Counted from the first letter of the stretch, positions 29,010-39,216 are shown. The stretch: 49,705 nucleotides of DNA from Gemmatimonadota bacterium (GCA_039589315.1 JBDHHQ010000072.1:1-49705), one strand, 5' to 3'. The notes: a model not told the origin generated them from the sequence alone. Translations and numbers: made by a program.

Positions 29010-31325
29010 GTGCGCGTCGAGTCCGAGGTCGATTGTACAGAAGCCCGAGAGATCCTGGTCCGCGGCGTCGTTCAGGGTGTGGGATTTCGGCCCTTCGTAC
29101 ACCGCTTGGCCGCCCGCACCGGCCTGGCCGGCTGGGTACGCAACGAAGCTGGCGCCGTTCGGATCGTGGTGGAGGGCATAGCCGCCGATCTGCAGCATTT
29201 CCTGGTCGACCTGGAACGGCAGGCCCCCCCGCTGGCCAGGATCGATCACCTGACGGTCGCACCCCGGGCGCTAACCGGGAACCGCGACTTCCGGATCGTG
29301 GAGAGCCTCACCGATCCGACCGGCCGCCTTCCCGTCTCACCGGACATCGGCCTCTGCGGCGCGTGCGAGCGGGAGCTGTACGATCCGTCTGATCGGCGGT
29401 ACGGCTATCCCTTCATCACCTGTACCGACTGCGGCCCCCGGTTCACCGTGATCGAGTCCATGCCGTACGACCGGGAGCGGAGCACGATGGCGTCTTTCCG
29501 CCAGTGCGCCGAGTGCCTGGCCGAGTACGACCGCCCCACGGACCGACGATACCACTCAGAGACGAACTCGTGCCCGCGGTGTGGTCCCTCGCTGTGGTGG
29601 CACGAGGGCGCTCGGGAGATCCGCCTCGGCTCGGGGGACGCGCTGGAGCGGTCAGCGACGATGCTGCGCTCGGGCGGTATCGTCGCCATTCGGGGCCTGG
29701 GTGGTTTTCACCTTGCTTGCGACGCCGGAAACGAAGAGGCCGTTCGTCGCCTCCGCCGACGGAAGCGCCGGGAGAGCAAGCCATTGGCCGTGATGGTTCG
29801 GAGCCTGGAGGACGCGAAGCGCCTTGCGGTGATCGATCGCTTTGAGGCCGAGCACCTCATGAGTCCGGAGCGACCCCTGGTGCTGCTCCAGCGCCGCGAC
29901 GACTCCGAGCTGCTGGCATCCTCGGTGGCCCCTGCGCTCGGGAGCGTGGCAGTCATGCTCGCCTACACGCCGCTCCATCACCTCCTCCTGGAGGCGGTGG
30001 AGCGGCCCGTGGTCATGACCAGCGGCAACGTGAGCGAGGAACCGATCGCCACCGGCAATCAGGAGGCTCTGGATCGGCTCGCCCGCCTCGCGGATGGCTT
30101 CCTGCTGCACGACCGCGAGATTGTGGCGCGATACGACGATTCACTACTTCGCGTGGCTCGGAACCAGCCCCTGTTCATGCGGCGCGCGCGGGGGTACGCG
30201 CCACTTCCGCTGTCGCTGCCCGTGCCGTCGCCCCGGCCTCTGCTGGCGGTGGGCCCCCACCTCAAGAACACGTTCACGCTTGCCGACGGCGGTGTGGCGT
30301 TCGTGAGCCAGCATATCGGTGACCTCGAGAACCTGGAGACGCTCGAACACTATCAGCAGAGCCTCGCCCGCTTCCGTACGCTGTTCCGTATCCGGGAGCG
30401 GGTGGCGGTCCGGGATCTTCACCCGGGCTACCTGTCGACTCGCATCGCGGAAGAGCTGGACTGCGAGCAGATCGTCGCCGTCCAGCATCACCACGCGCAC
30501 GTGGCCGCCGTGCTGGCCGAGCACGGACGGACCGACACCGTGCTGGGAGTCACGTTCGACGGCACCGGGTTCGGCGAAGACGGGACCGTCTGGGGAGGCG
30601 AATTCCTTCTCGCAGACCTTCGGCAGAGTCGACGGGTGGCGCACCTGCGCCCGGCTCCGCTCCCGGGCGGCGAGCTGGCGATTCGGTCACCCTGGCGAGT
30701 GGCATTGGGCTACGCCAGCCCGGAGAGCGAGGCGGTCTCTACCGTCGTGCGAGGCCTTCACGGAATCGCCGAGGAGGAGCGGGAGATCGCGCTGCGCCAG
30801 GCGTGTCTGGGGATCAATGCGCCCCTGGCCTCGTCCATGGGCCGGCTGTTCGACGCCGCGGCCGCCGTGCTCGGAGTACGCCTCGAACAGTCGTACGAGG
30901 GACAGGCGGCCATGGAGCTGGAGAGCCTCGCCGGCGCTCGGGCCGGTGCGTCGCTGCCGTTTCCCATGACGCAGGACGGACAGCGGATGGCGGTGCTGGA
31001 TCCCTTGCCGCTGTTGCTTGCTCTCGCGGAGGGGGTACACCGGGGAGACTCCGTACCGGATCTGGCGGCGTCGTTCCACGACACCGTCGCCGCCGCCACC
31101 GTGGCCCTGGCCATGGACCTGGCAGCCGATGCGGGGGTTGCTTCGGTTGCCGTCGGCGGGGGATGCTTCCAGAATAGACGTTTACTCGAGACCGTGGTCG
31201 ACGGACTCGAATCCCGGGGGCTCACGGTGTTGTCACCTCGACGACTCAGCCCCAACGACGGCTGCATCAGCTTCGGTCAAGCCGCCGTAGCCGCGGCCCG
31301 TCTGCACGACGCGCAGGAGGCGTAG
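29010..31325 (+). CDS. hypF: Carbamoyltransferase HypF
   Basis: VRGVVQGVGFRPF, zinc fingers, GLGGFHLACDA, SQHIGD, QHHHAH, SSMGRLFD, NDGCISFGQ; start approximate. Confidence 0.95.
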   Translation: MRVESEVDCTEAREILVRGVVQGVGFRPFVHRLAARTGLAGWVRNEAGAVRIVVEGIAADLQHFLVDLERQAPPLARIDHLTVAPRALTGNRDFRIVESLTDPTGRLPVSPDIGLCGACERELYDPSDRRYGYPFITCTDCGPRFTVIESMPYDRERSTMASFRQCAECLAEYDRPTDRRYHSETNSCPRCGPSLWWHEGAREIRLGSGDALERSATMLRSGGIVAIRGLGGFHLACDAGNEEAVRRLRRRKRRESKPLAVMVRSLEDAKRLAVIDRFEAEHLMSPERPLVLLQRRDDSELLASSVAPALGSVAVMLAYTPLHHLLLEAVERPVVMTSGNVSEEPIATGNQEALDRLARLADGFLLHDREIVARYDDSLLRVARNQPLFMRRARGYAPLPLSLPVPSPRPLLAVGPHLKNTFTLADGGVAFVSQHIGDLENLETLEHYQQSLARFRTLFRIRERVAVRDLHPGYLSTRIAEELDCEQIVAVQHHHAHVAAVLAEHGRTDTVLGVTFDGTGFGEDGTVWGGEFLLADLRQSRRVAHLRPAPLPGGELAIRSPWRVALGYASPESEAVSTVVRGLHGIAEEEREIALRQACLGINAPLASSMGRLFDAAAAVLGVRLEQSYEGQAAMELESLAGARAGASLPFPMTQDGQRMAVLDPLPLLLALAEGVHRGDSVPDLAASFHDTVAAATVALAMDLAADAGVASVAVGGGCFQNRRLLETVVDGLESRGLTVLSPRRLSPNDGCISFGQAAVAAARLHDAQEA

Positions 31326-31327
31326 CG

Positions 31328-31633
31328 ATGTGCCTGGGTGTCCCTGGCCGAATCATGGAAATCCAAGAGGAGCACGGGATCCCCATGGGGATCGTCGACT
31401 TCGGCGGGCTGCGCAGAAAGGTGTGCCTGGCTTACGTCGCGGATGAGGTCGAGCCCGGTGACTACGCCATCATCCATGTCGGCTTCGCCATCTCAAAGGT
31501 CGACGAGGTGGAGGCGAAGAAGACGTTCGAGATGCTCCGGGAGATGTCGGAGCTGGACGAGCTGGACTGGATGCGGGAGGCCGCGGACCGCCTCGAAGCG
31601 GTGCCCGATCCTCGGCCCCCGGCCGGCGCCTAG
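31328..31633 (+). CDS. hypC: Hydrogenase chaperone HypC
   Basis: MCLGVPG...VDFGG...HVGFAIS. Confidence 0.95.
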   Translation: MCLGVPGRIMEIQEEHGIPMGIVDFGGLRRKVCLAYVADEVEPGDYAIIHVGFAISKVDEVEAKKTFEMLREMSELDELDWMREAADRLEAVPDPRPPAGA

Positions 31634-31643
31634 GAGGCCTGCC

Positions 31644-32810
31644 ATGAAGTACCTGAGCGAGTACCGAGACCCCGTTCTCGCGCGAAAGCTCGTGGACCGG
31701 ATCCAGAAGACGGCCAGCCGGAAGTGGACGCTCATGGAGGTGTGCGGCGGTCAGACCCACACGATCGTTCGACAAGGCATCCACGAGGTGCTCGAGGGCT
31801 CGGTCGAGATGATTCACGGCCCCGGCTGTCCCGTTTGTGTCACGCCACTCGAGCAGATCGATCGGGCGCTGTTCCTCGCCCAGCGGCCCGACGTGATCTT
31901 CACGTCTTTCGGCGACATGCTCCGGGTACCGGGCAGTGAGTGCAATCTGCTCCAGATCCGGGCCGGGGGTGGCGACGTGCAGATCGTATATTCCCCGATG
32001 GACGCGCTCGAGCTCGCGCGCGCCAACCCCGGCCGCGACGTCGTATTCTTCGCTGTGGGCTTCGAAACGACCGCCCCGGCCAACGCCATGGCCGTGTGGC
32101 AGGCCCGGGAGCAGGGGATCTCGAACTTCAGCGTTCTCGTTTCCCACGTCACCGTTCCCCCGGCCATGGTCGCACTGCTGGAAGATGCCCAGAACCGCGT
32201 CCAGGGGTTCCTGGCAGCGGGCCACGTGTGCACGATCATGGGTTGGACCGAATACGAGCCGCTGGCACAGAAGTACGGTGTCCCGATCGTGGTCACGGGG
32301 TTCGAGCCGTTGGATATCCTGGAAGGGATCTGGATGGCCGTGCGTCAGCTGGAAGAGGGGCGTGCCGAGGTGGAGAACCAGTACGTGCGCTCGGTCGTGC
32401 ACGAAGGCAATCGCGCGGCGCAAGACATGGTGCAGCGCGTCTTCCACCTCGTCGACAGGGCCTGGCGCGGGATCGGCGTCATCCCGTCCAGCGGGCTCGC
32501 GCTTCGCCCCGAGTTCGCCGCGTTCGACGCGGAGCGGAAGTTCGGGGCCGAGGCCATCCATGCACAGGAATCGGATCGGTGTCGTGCAGGAGACGTACTC
32601 ACAGGTAAGATCAAGCCTCACGAATGTGCCGCGTTCGGAACGGAATGCACGCCGGAGAACCCCCTCGGCGCGCCAATGGTGAGCACGGAAGGCGCGTGCG
32701 CAGCCTATTTCAATTACGGACGGCTGGCCGGTACCGGGATGCAGGCCGGCCGGGCGTCGGGCATGGCCGAGCGCCCACCGGGCACGTCTGCCGCCCCGGC
32801 CGGGGACTGA
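31644..32810 (+). CDS. hypD: Hydrogenase formation protein HypD
   Basis: [46 protein letters not shown]. Confidence 0.95.
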   Translation: MKYLSEYRDPVLARKLVDRIQKTASRKWTLMEVCGGQTHTIVRQGIHEVLEGSVEMIHGPGCPVCVTPLEQIDRALFLAQRPDVIFTSFGDMLRVPGSECNLLQIRAGGGDVQIVYSPMDALELARANPGRDVVFFAVGFETTAPANAMAVWQAREQGISNFSVLVSHVTVPPAMVALLEDAQNRVQGFLAAGHVCTIMGWTEYEPLAQKYGVPIVVTGFEPLDILEGIWMAVRQLEEGRAEVENQYVRSVVHEGNRAAQDMVQRVFHLVDRAWRGIGVIPSSGLALRPEFAAFDAERKFGAEAIHAQESDRCRAGDVLTGKIKPHECAAFGTECTPENPLGAPMVSTEGACAAYFNYGRLAGTGMQAGRASGMAERPPGTSAAPAGD

Positions 32811-32814
32811 CGTC

Positions 32815-33888
32815 ATGAGCTCCGGGGCTCCCGGGCCCTCGCTGGCCGGTGGACCGACCTGCCCGGCCCCCATCGGCGAGCACGATCGCGTCCAGCTCGG
32901 ACACGGTTCGGGAGGCAAGATGAGCGCTCGCCTCATCCGGGAGCGCTTCCTGCCGCTGTTCAGAAACGCCACTCTCGATCGCCTCACCGACGCCGCCGTA
33001 TTGCCGATGCCGGGTCGTGACCTGGCGTTCTCCACCGACACTTTCGTGGTTCATCCGCTCGAGTTCCCGGGAGGCGACATCGGCAGCCTGGCGGTTCACG
33101 GCACCGTGAACGATCTCGCGATGATGGGGGCAGAGCCCCGGTACCTCGCAGCGGGCTTCGTGCTGGAGGAAGGGCTGCCGTTCGCAGTATTGGACCGGGT
33201 GGTCGCGTCCATGGCTCGGGCCGCAGAAGCCTCGGGCGTGACGATCGTCGCGGGGGACACCAAAGTCGTCGAGCGCGGAAAGGCGGACGGCCTCTACATC
33301 AACACGACGGGGATCGGCACGCTCGCCGACGGTTTCCGCCCGGAACCCACGCGCTCCCGAGTCGGCGATGCGGTGCTCATCAGCGGCCCACTGGGCCGGC
33401 ACGGGATCGCCGTGATGACGGCCCGAGGCGAGCTCGGACTGGAAACCGACGTGACGTCGGACTCGGCAGCGCTCCATGAGCTCGTCGCCCGGCTCCGCGA
33501 CAACGTGGGGCAAGGCGTCCACGTGCTGCGGGATGCCACGCGAGGCGGCATCGCGAGCGCGCTGAACGAGATCGCCTCGGACGCGCAGGTGGGCATTCGC
33601 TTGCAGGAACACCTCATTCCGGTGCCGCCGCCCGTGTATGCCGCCTGCGAAGTCCTGGGCCTGGACCCGCTCTACGTAGCCAATGAAGGCGTGTTGGTGG
33701 CGCTGGTCGCTCCCGACGACGCCGACCGAGCTCTGGCCGTGCTACAGAGCGATCCCCTCGGGGCCCAGGCGTCGATTGTCGGCAGCGTCGTCGCCGACCA
33801 CCCAGGCATGGTCGTGCTCGGTACCGGGCTCGGCGGCACTCGAGTCGTGGACATGCTCCCCGGCGCGCAGCTGCCGCGAATCTGCTGA
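32815..33888 (+). CDS. hypE: Hydrogenase maturation protein HypE
   Basis: HGSGG, GTVNDLAM, RDATRGG, ANEG, C-terminal LPRIC. Confidence 0.95.
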   Translation: MSSGAPGPSLAGGPTCPAPIGEHDRVQLGHGSGGKMSARLIRERFLPLFRNATLDRLTDAAVLPMPGRDLAFSTDTFVVHPLEFPGGDIGSLAVHGTVNDLAMMGAEPRYLAAGFVLEEGLPFAVLDRVVASMARAAEASGVTIVAGDTKVVERGKADGLYINTTGIGTLADGFRPEPTRSRVGDAVLISGPLGRHGIAVMTARGELGLETDVTSDSAALHELVARLRDNVGQGVHVLRDATRGGIASALNEIASDAQVGIRLQEHLIPVPPPVYAACEVLGLDPLYVANEGVLVALVAPDDADRALAVLQSDPLGAQASIVGSVVADHPGMVVLGTGLGGTRVVDMLPGAQLPRIC

Positions 33889-33956
33889 GGCGGGAACCGA
33901 AGTCGAGTCGACGTCCACGCATGGCCGGCCGCGCTCGAATCGCGCTTTCCCGGCCG

Positions 33957-34730
33957 TCAAGCCGTAAGGCGCCGCGTCAGCTCCTGGATCGCCTGGACCG
34001 CGGGAGCCCGGTCGTCGTAGTCGATCGGTGCCGCCCTACTCCGCTCGCAGGCGAGGAGCGTGTCGTCGTAGGGCACGTGCGAGACCAGAGACAGGTCGTG
34101 CGCGTCACAGAATGCCCGGATCGCCTTCTCGTCTTCTTCATCGCGCACCTTGTTGGCCACGACCACCACCCGACCGATGTCCAGCTCGCGGGCGAGCGCC
34201 GCGGCTCTGCGAGCGGTCTCCATTGAGCGGAAGTACGGTTCCATGACCGCCACGAACGTGGAGACGTGCCGACCCGTGCCGCGGGACAGATGCTCGAGAC
34301 CCGCCTCCATGTCGATCACGAGGTCACGGGAGTCATCCTCCCGTGAGACCAGCTCACCGACGAGGCCACGGACCGTGGCGTGGGCTCGGCACATTCAGCC
34401 GACGCCCGAATGGTGAATGGTGCCCATGATCAGCATGCGGACGCCGTCCGGTGCATCCACGCCGTACCGATCGACGATCTCGCCGGGATCCGCCGCGAAT
34501 ACCGATCGGGTCGTTCCGTCGGGGCCGGTCGTCCGTTCGAGCAGGTCGCGTGGGAGATCCACGATCTCCTGGGTCCGCTCGGACGGCAGACCTAATACAC
34601 TGGCCAGGTTGGGATTGGAATCCGCGTCGATCGCAAGAACCTGTCGGCCCGACCTGGCGAGCGATCGGGCCAGCGTCCCGGCGATCGTGGTCTTGCCGCT
34701 GCCTCCCTTCCCGGCCACCGCGATACGCAT
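33957..34730 (-). CDS. cooC: CooC-family nickel-insertion ATPase, probable selenoprotein (TGA at 34395-34397)
   Basis: GKGGSGKTT, IDADSNPNL, G-TGA-M-C in frame, DMEAGLEHLSRGT, VANKVR; read-through gives 257 aa. Confidence 0.85.
34355..34391 (-). promoter_or_regulatory. Putative bacterial SECIS element
   Basis: GCCACG-GUC-CGUGGC hairpin (34365-34379) begins 15 nt after the UGA; lower stem GCCGA/UCGGU is possible. Confidence 0.7.
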
Positions 34731-35131
34731 CAGGCCGCTCCGTGTCGGGAGTGGTCGCGGTGTCTGCAGGCGGCCGGGTCGTTCATGCAGTCGCAATCGG
34801 GATCGTTGCACTCCCCGTGTCCCTGGGACAGGAGTGGTGCGAACGCCTCCTGGAACCGGCGCCCAGCCTCGCGCCTGCCCACCGAGGTGAGCTGGTACCG
34901 GACGGGCTCGCCTGCGATCACATCCACGTCGCCCCGTGCCACGAGACGGTCCAGCAGCAGCGCGATGTCGGTCTGGGAATACGTGAGGAAGCGGGACAGA
35001 CGTTCAACGGTAGCCTCCTCGGCGAATCCCTCACCCTGCATCCAATACAGCACCTCGAGCAGCTCGTCGAGCTGCTGAACGAAGTGCTCGGCGGCATGGC
35101 CTCCGGCTGGTGGCTCGTCTCGTTCGTTCAT
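34730..35131 (-). CDS. Winged-helix-like protein with Cys/His-rich C-terminal tail
   Basis: ELLEVLYW...LDRLVARG...YQLTSVG; tail HGECNDPDCDC...CRHRDH; translationally coupled to cooC. Confidence 0.75.
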   Translation of the reverse strand: MNERDEPPAGGHAAEHFVQQLDELLEVLYWMQGEGFAEEATVERLSRFLTYSQTDIALLLDRLVARGDVDVIAGEPVRYQLTSVGRREAGRRFQEAFAPLLSQGHGECNDPDCDCMNDPAACRHRDHSRHGAA

Positions 35132-35607
35132 TGCTTATGACCGCTTTGGAAGAAAGGGTCCAGAAGCTCCAGGACGGCCTCGGCCGCTGGCCCGACCTGC
35201 GCCTGCACGGACGGGCTCAGCTCTTCCGTGAGCTCGTCCACGCCGTTTGGCTCGCAACCCACCATCCAAACACGTTCCGGTAGAGCGTCCAGAGCCTTCG
35301 CCACCGAAAGTGCAGGAGCCGGCGTGGCCAGGTGGAGATCCACCAACGTGGCCGTCGTGACCTGTTCAACTTCGAGAACGTAGAGCGTGCCGGGCGGTCC
35401 GTCTCGGTGCATGGCGTCCACGACCACCAAGCCATCATACCCGGCCAGGAGCTCCTGGGCCAAACGAAGCCCGCCGGTCCCCACGTGGAGCAGCTCGACG
35501 CACCCGAGCTCCGATTCACGAGCTTGCAGCGCCTCCAGGACCCGAATCCCGAACGCGTCGTCGCCGCGGAGCTCGTTCCCGAAGCCGGCGACCAACACGC
35601 GTCTCAT
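35128..35607 (-). CDS. Hydrogenase maturation protease
   Basis: VAGFGNELRGDDAFG, VVVDAM, DLH, VGCEP. Confidence 0.9.
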   Translation of the reverse strand: MRRVLVAGFGNELRGDDAFGIRVLEALQARESELGCVELLHVGTGGLRLAQELLAGYDGLVVVDAMHRDGPPGTLYVLEVEQVTTATLVDLHLATPAPALSVAKALDALPERVWMVGCEPNGVDELTEELSPSVQAQVGPAAEAVLELLDPFFQSGHKQ

Positions 35608-36473
35608 GGCCCGCGTCCTTCGACGGCCACCTGCACCTGGCCATCCAGGATGCGCACCGGAACGGGGATCAGCCCCGGCTCCTCCGGTCGATCCACCCGC
35701 TTCCCCGATACCGGGTCGTATCGGCACCCATGCCAGGAGCACACCAGCACGCCGTCCTCCACCTGACTGAAGTGGAGCGGAAGCGGGCTGCTGCCACAGC
35801 GGTTCCGGAAGGCGCCGATCGCGTCACCGTTCTCGAGCAGCAGAACCGAGCCCTCCTGCCCGAGGGGCGTGATCGCCACCGGCCCGGCACCCTTGAGCTC
35901 CCGCACTTCGGCCACGGTTTGGAAGGACTCGGCCCCCGGCGGCCGACGTCGCTCGAGCTGCACCAGAGCGCCGGTTGGCGCACTCCACGGGCGTTCGCCG
36001 ATTTGCAGCTCCTGAAAGCCCAGAAAGCGGGCGCGCAGTGCGGTCTCCAGATCGTTGCGTACGGCCGCCTCGTCGACGTCCGCGGAAGGCCGGTAGTCCA
36101 GGCGCACGTACACAACGCCGCCGACCACCTCCTGCACCTCGACGGCCACGCCGTGAGCCCCGAGGTGAGAACGAACCGCGTCCAGAGCTTCGTCCGCCTG
36201 AATGGTCCGATTCACCGCCACGAGGCCGTAGCACATGAGAAGCAGCTCGATCTCCGGATCCTGGCACAGGCGGCTCAGGAAGGCTTCTCCGGCCATCGCC
36301 TGGATCTCCGAGGCGAGCCGGGTCAGACCTGCCCGGTGCACGGTGTCCAGACCGGCGAGGAGGGCGCGGACGTCGGCGCCGACCTGCGGGTCCGGGTGGT
36401 CCGACAGCCGTTGGATCAGCCCGTCCAGCGCTTCGACCAGCTCGGCAGTGAGGGGCGTCCGGTCCTCGCTCAT
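35604..36473 (-). CDS. NifU-like plus Rieske-like domain protein
   Basis: LDTVHRAGL, ALDAVRSHLGAHG, CSWHGCRYD. Confidence 0.75.
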   Translation of the reverse strand: MSEDRTPLTAELVEALDGLIQRLSDHPDPQVGADVRALLAGLDTVHRAGLTRLASEIQAMAGEAFLSRLCQDPEIELLLMCYGLVAVNRTIQADEALDAVRSHLGAHGVAVEVQEVVGGVVYVRLDYRPSADVDEAAVRNDLETALRARFLGFQELQIGERPWSAPTGALVQLERRRPPGAESFQTVAEVRELKGAGPVAITPLGQEGSVLLLENGDAIGAFRNRCGSSPLPLHFSQVEDGVLVCSWHGCRYDPVSGKRVDRPEEPGLIPVPVRILDGQVQVAVEGRGP

Positions 36474-37024
36474 GACGACGCGCTCGGAGAGCTGACAAAT
36501 CCACCGAGGGACCTTCGTGGAAGCCGTGAGACGGCCCCGTCGCTGGAGGCCAGATCGACAGCCAACTCGGACATCCCGGAGAAGCAGGGCGCCACCGCGG
36601 CAGACAGCGCGTCGCCGAACGCCTCCACTGCGGGCTCGGCCTCCACCACCACGACGTCCGGAGGCAGTAGCGCGAACCAGCCCAGTACGATCAGCGTGTT
36701 GTCGAGAAAGATGACGCCGGTGACGGCGTCTTCCACCGCCCGTTGTATCCGGTCGTGATCTGGTAGACGCCCGTCCCATCGATAGGCCGTGACCGTGCCG
36801 GGCGCCCGACCGCGCTCGACCGCCGACAGGAACACCAGGCGCTCGGGGCGATCACCCACGTCCAGCGACTCCAGCCACTGGGCCACCGCGACCGGATTGT
36901 AGCTGAGGTCGTGGACCTCGATACCCGGCGGCAACGAACGCTCGGCCAGATCGTCCGTGACCAGAACTCCGAGGGAATGATCCGCCAGGTTGCGGTATCC
37001 CACGCCTGCGATGACCGACGTCAT
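36470..37024 (-). CDS. Second, divergent hydrogenase maturation protease-like protein
   Basis: IAGVGYRNLADHSLG, RAPGTV, VEAEP, LSAAV. Confidence 0.75.
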   Translation of the reverse strand: MTSVIAGVGYRNLADHSLGVLVTDDLAERSLPPGIEVHDLSYNPVAVAQWLESLDVGDRPERLVFLSAVERGRAPGTVTAYRWDGRLPDHDRIQRAVEDAVTGVIFLDNTLIVLGWFALLPPDVVVVEAEPAVEAFGDALSAAVAPCFSGMSELAVDLASSDGAVSRLPRRSLGGFVSSPSASS

Positions 37025-37034
37025 GGACCCGGAG

Positions 37035-38930
37035 TCAGTCCACTCCGCACGCGCAGGTGTTCACCTCACGCGTGATCAGGCCCGCCTCGGATTGGATGTG
37101 GGTCGTGCAAGGCATGCACGGGTCGAAGCTCCGAATGGCCCGAAGGATGTCGATGCCCTTGAAGCGGCTCGGATCGTCGAAATCCTCGAGAATCGGCGTG
37201 TTGAGCACGGCCTCTTCGTATGGCCCGGGTTGGCCCCAACGGTCGGTCGGTGAAGCGTTCCACGTCGAGGGCGTGAGGATCTGATAGTTGGTGACCGCCC
37301 CCCGATCCATGACCAGGTGGTGGGTCAGGTATCCACGGCCCGCCCCCCAGAATCCCACACCGATCCGCTCGCCGCGCTGGGGGATCTCGAATTTCGTGCT
37401 CACGCGCGTATCGCCGTCCTTGAGGCGATCCATGATCTCCATCCAGTTGTTCATCGCCACCATTGCCGTGAACCCCAGGCAATACGCTCGGGCCCGATTC
37501 CGTTCGAACGCGTTCCACCTATCGGGGATGTGCCATTCGACGTCGGTTTCGGGAAGCGCCCCCTTGGGCAAACGAATCCTCAGCGAGCTCCCGGTGGACT
37601 CGATGAAGGGGTTCGCAGGCAGCTTCTGAGCCGCGGCAGTGGACCAGAGCCGGGAGTATGCGCCCGCTTCCATGGCTTCGCGGTCCCACCGGGGTGCCGT
37701 GTCCCAGGTATAGCGCTCCTTCCAGTTCTGACCCTGGGGCCGCGGCTTCGTGATCTTGTTCCACGGATGCCAGGGAGAGAGAGGCATTCCCTTGGCGTCC
37801 TGCGGGTACCGGGGCGCCTCGCCGTTGGCGGCCCAGTCCTCGTAGTAGGAATGCTCGACGAACTCCTCCAGGCCCATGTTGATCTGATGGAGGTCGGTGG
37901 TGACCAGCTCGCCGTCCACGATGGCGCCCGGCGTGGCCCACCGGCGATCGCCCCAGGCCCCAGCGTTCTCGTAGGTGGCGTCGTAGGCGTCGGGCACGTC
38001 GAAGATTCCTGTGTCGATCATCGTGGCCCGGCGAGCACCGACCTCCCTGTAGCGCGGGTCGGCCTCGTAGAAGAAGCCGGTGAGGTCGTCCCAGAATGCC
38101 GCAACCTTCTTCGAGTAGTCGAAGAATTGAGACAGCCGGGTGTACATCTCGTTCATGACCGACAACGTGAGCGTGGTGGACATTCCACCCGGCACCAGGG
38201 TCTGCGGGTGCGGATACTTGCCGCAGATGAGGACGTAGGCCTCGCGCGCGACCCGCGTCATGTGCAACGCCTCGAGGTACAGCTTGCCGGTGAGCGGATT
38301 CAAATCCGTCATCATTTCGCCCACGGTGGCGTAGCCGTGCACGGCGGCGTTGGGCGCCTCCGCTCGGCGCGCCCGATCGTAGAGCGAGGGGTTGGTGTCC
38401 TCGACGATGGCCTGCGAGTAGTCCGGGCCTGCCAGCAGGAAGAGATGCAGCGGGTGGTCGTAGAGGAACTCCAGCGCCAGGGCCAGATTGCGTAGGAGGA
38501 CGCCCTGGGGCGGGGGGCAGCAGCCGATGGCCATCTCCGTGGCCATCGCCGACGTGGCCGAATGGACGCCCCCGCACACGCCGCAGGCGCGGCTCGTGAT
38601 GAAGATCGCGTCACGGGGATCACGACCGATCATTATGATCTCGTAGCCCCGAAACAGCGTCGCCATGGAGCGGGCCTCGAGGACCTTGCGTTCCCTGAGA
38701 TCGGCGATGGAATGGAACGCCAGTGCGCCCGCAACGCGGGTCACGGGGTCGTAGTCGACCGACCTGAGGTGCCCGTTCTTCCTGAGCAGCTCCTCGATGT
38801 CGCTATGCGAGAGCTGTTTCGGGACGCCCTGGCCCCCCTCCCAGCTGACGCCGTAGGGATCCGCGACCCCCGCCTTCAGCGACGGAACGCCCTGGGCGTC
38901 GAATTCGATGGGGAGGTTCTTGAAACACAT
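37035..38930 (-). CDS. [NiFe]-hydrogenase large subunit, group 1l-like
   Basis: L1 SRACGVCGGVH, L2 RSFDPCMPCTTH, DPVTRV; five TM genes lie between the subunits. Confidence 0.92.
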   Translation of the reverse strand: MCFKNLPIEFDAQGVPSLKAGVADPYGVSWEGGQGVPKQLSHSDIEELLRKNGHLRSVDYDPVTRVAGALAFHSIADLRERKVLEARSMATLFRGYEIIMIGRDPRDAIFITSRACGVCGGVHSATSAMATEMAIGCCPPPQGVLLRNLALALEFLYDHPLHLFLLAGPDYSQAIVEDTNPSLYDRARRAEAPNAAVHGYATVGEMMTDLNPLTGKLYLEALHMTRVAREAYVLICGKYPHPQTLVPGGMSTTLTLSVMNEMYTRLSQFFDYSKKVAAFWDDLTGFFYEADPRYREVGARRATMIDTGIFDVPDAYDATYENAGAWGDRRWATPGAIVDGELVTTDLHQINMGLEEFVEHSYYEDWAANGEAPRYPQDAKGMPLSPWHPWNKITKPRPQGQNWKERYTWDTAPRWDREAMEAGAYSRLWSTAAAQKLPANPFIESTGSSLRIRLPKGALPETDVEWHIPDRWNAFERNRARAYCLGFTAMVAMNNWMEIMDRLKDGDTRVSTKFEIPQRGERIGVGFWGAGRGYLTHHLVMDRGAVTNYQILTPSTWNASPTDRWGQPGPYEEAVLNTPILEDFDDPSRFKGIDILRAIRSFDPCMPCTTHIQSEAGLITREVNTCACGVD

Positions 38931-38943
38931 TCGGTCACAGCTC

Positions 38944-39216
38944 CTAGAGCTTGAACACCCGTGCCGTGCGTCCCAGATGGCCGTGGGCCGACCGCAAGCC
39001 GGCCAGGAGCTCCGTCAGGGCAGCGTTTATCGTGTCGAGCTTGTCCGGAAGGGGCGTCGTGTGAGTCGCGACCGCTTCGAGGCCGTCCGCGATGCCGGCC
39101 ACGCTTTTCTTGGCGTCGAGCAGCGCAACGGCGATCGCGGTCAGGTAGCCGGCCAGGGCCACGACGACAAGCACGACAGCCAACAGGGTCAGGTTCAAAA
39201 GCATCGCGGTCGTCAT
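38944..39216 (-). CDS. Hydrogenase-associated single-TM helical protein 5
   Basis: N-terminal TM then amphipathic helix; overlapping start/stop. Confidence 0.8.
   Translation of the reverse strand: MTTAMLLNLTLLAVVLVVVALAGYLTAIAVALLDAKKSVAGIADGLEAVATHTTPLPDKLDTINAALTELLAGLRSAHGHLGRTARVFKL

Noticed and set aside
37035..38930. [NiFeSe]-hydrogenase
   Set aside because: The L2 motif is DPCMPC with ordinary Cys codons and there is no in-frame TGA
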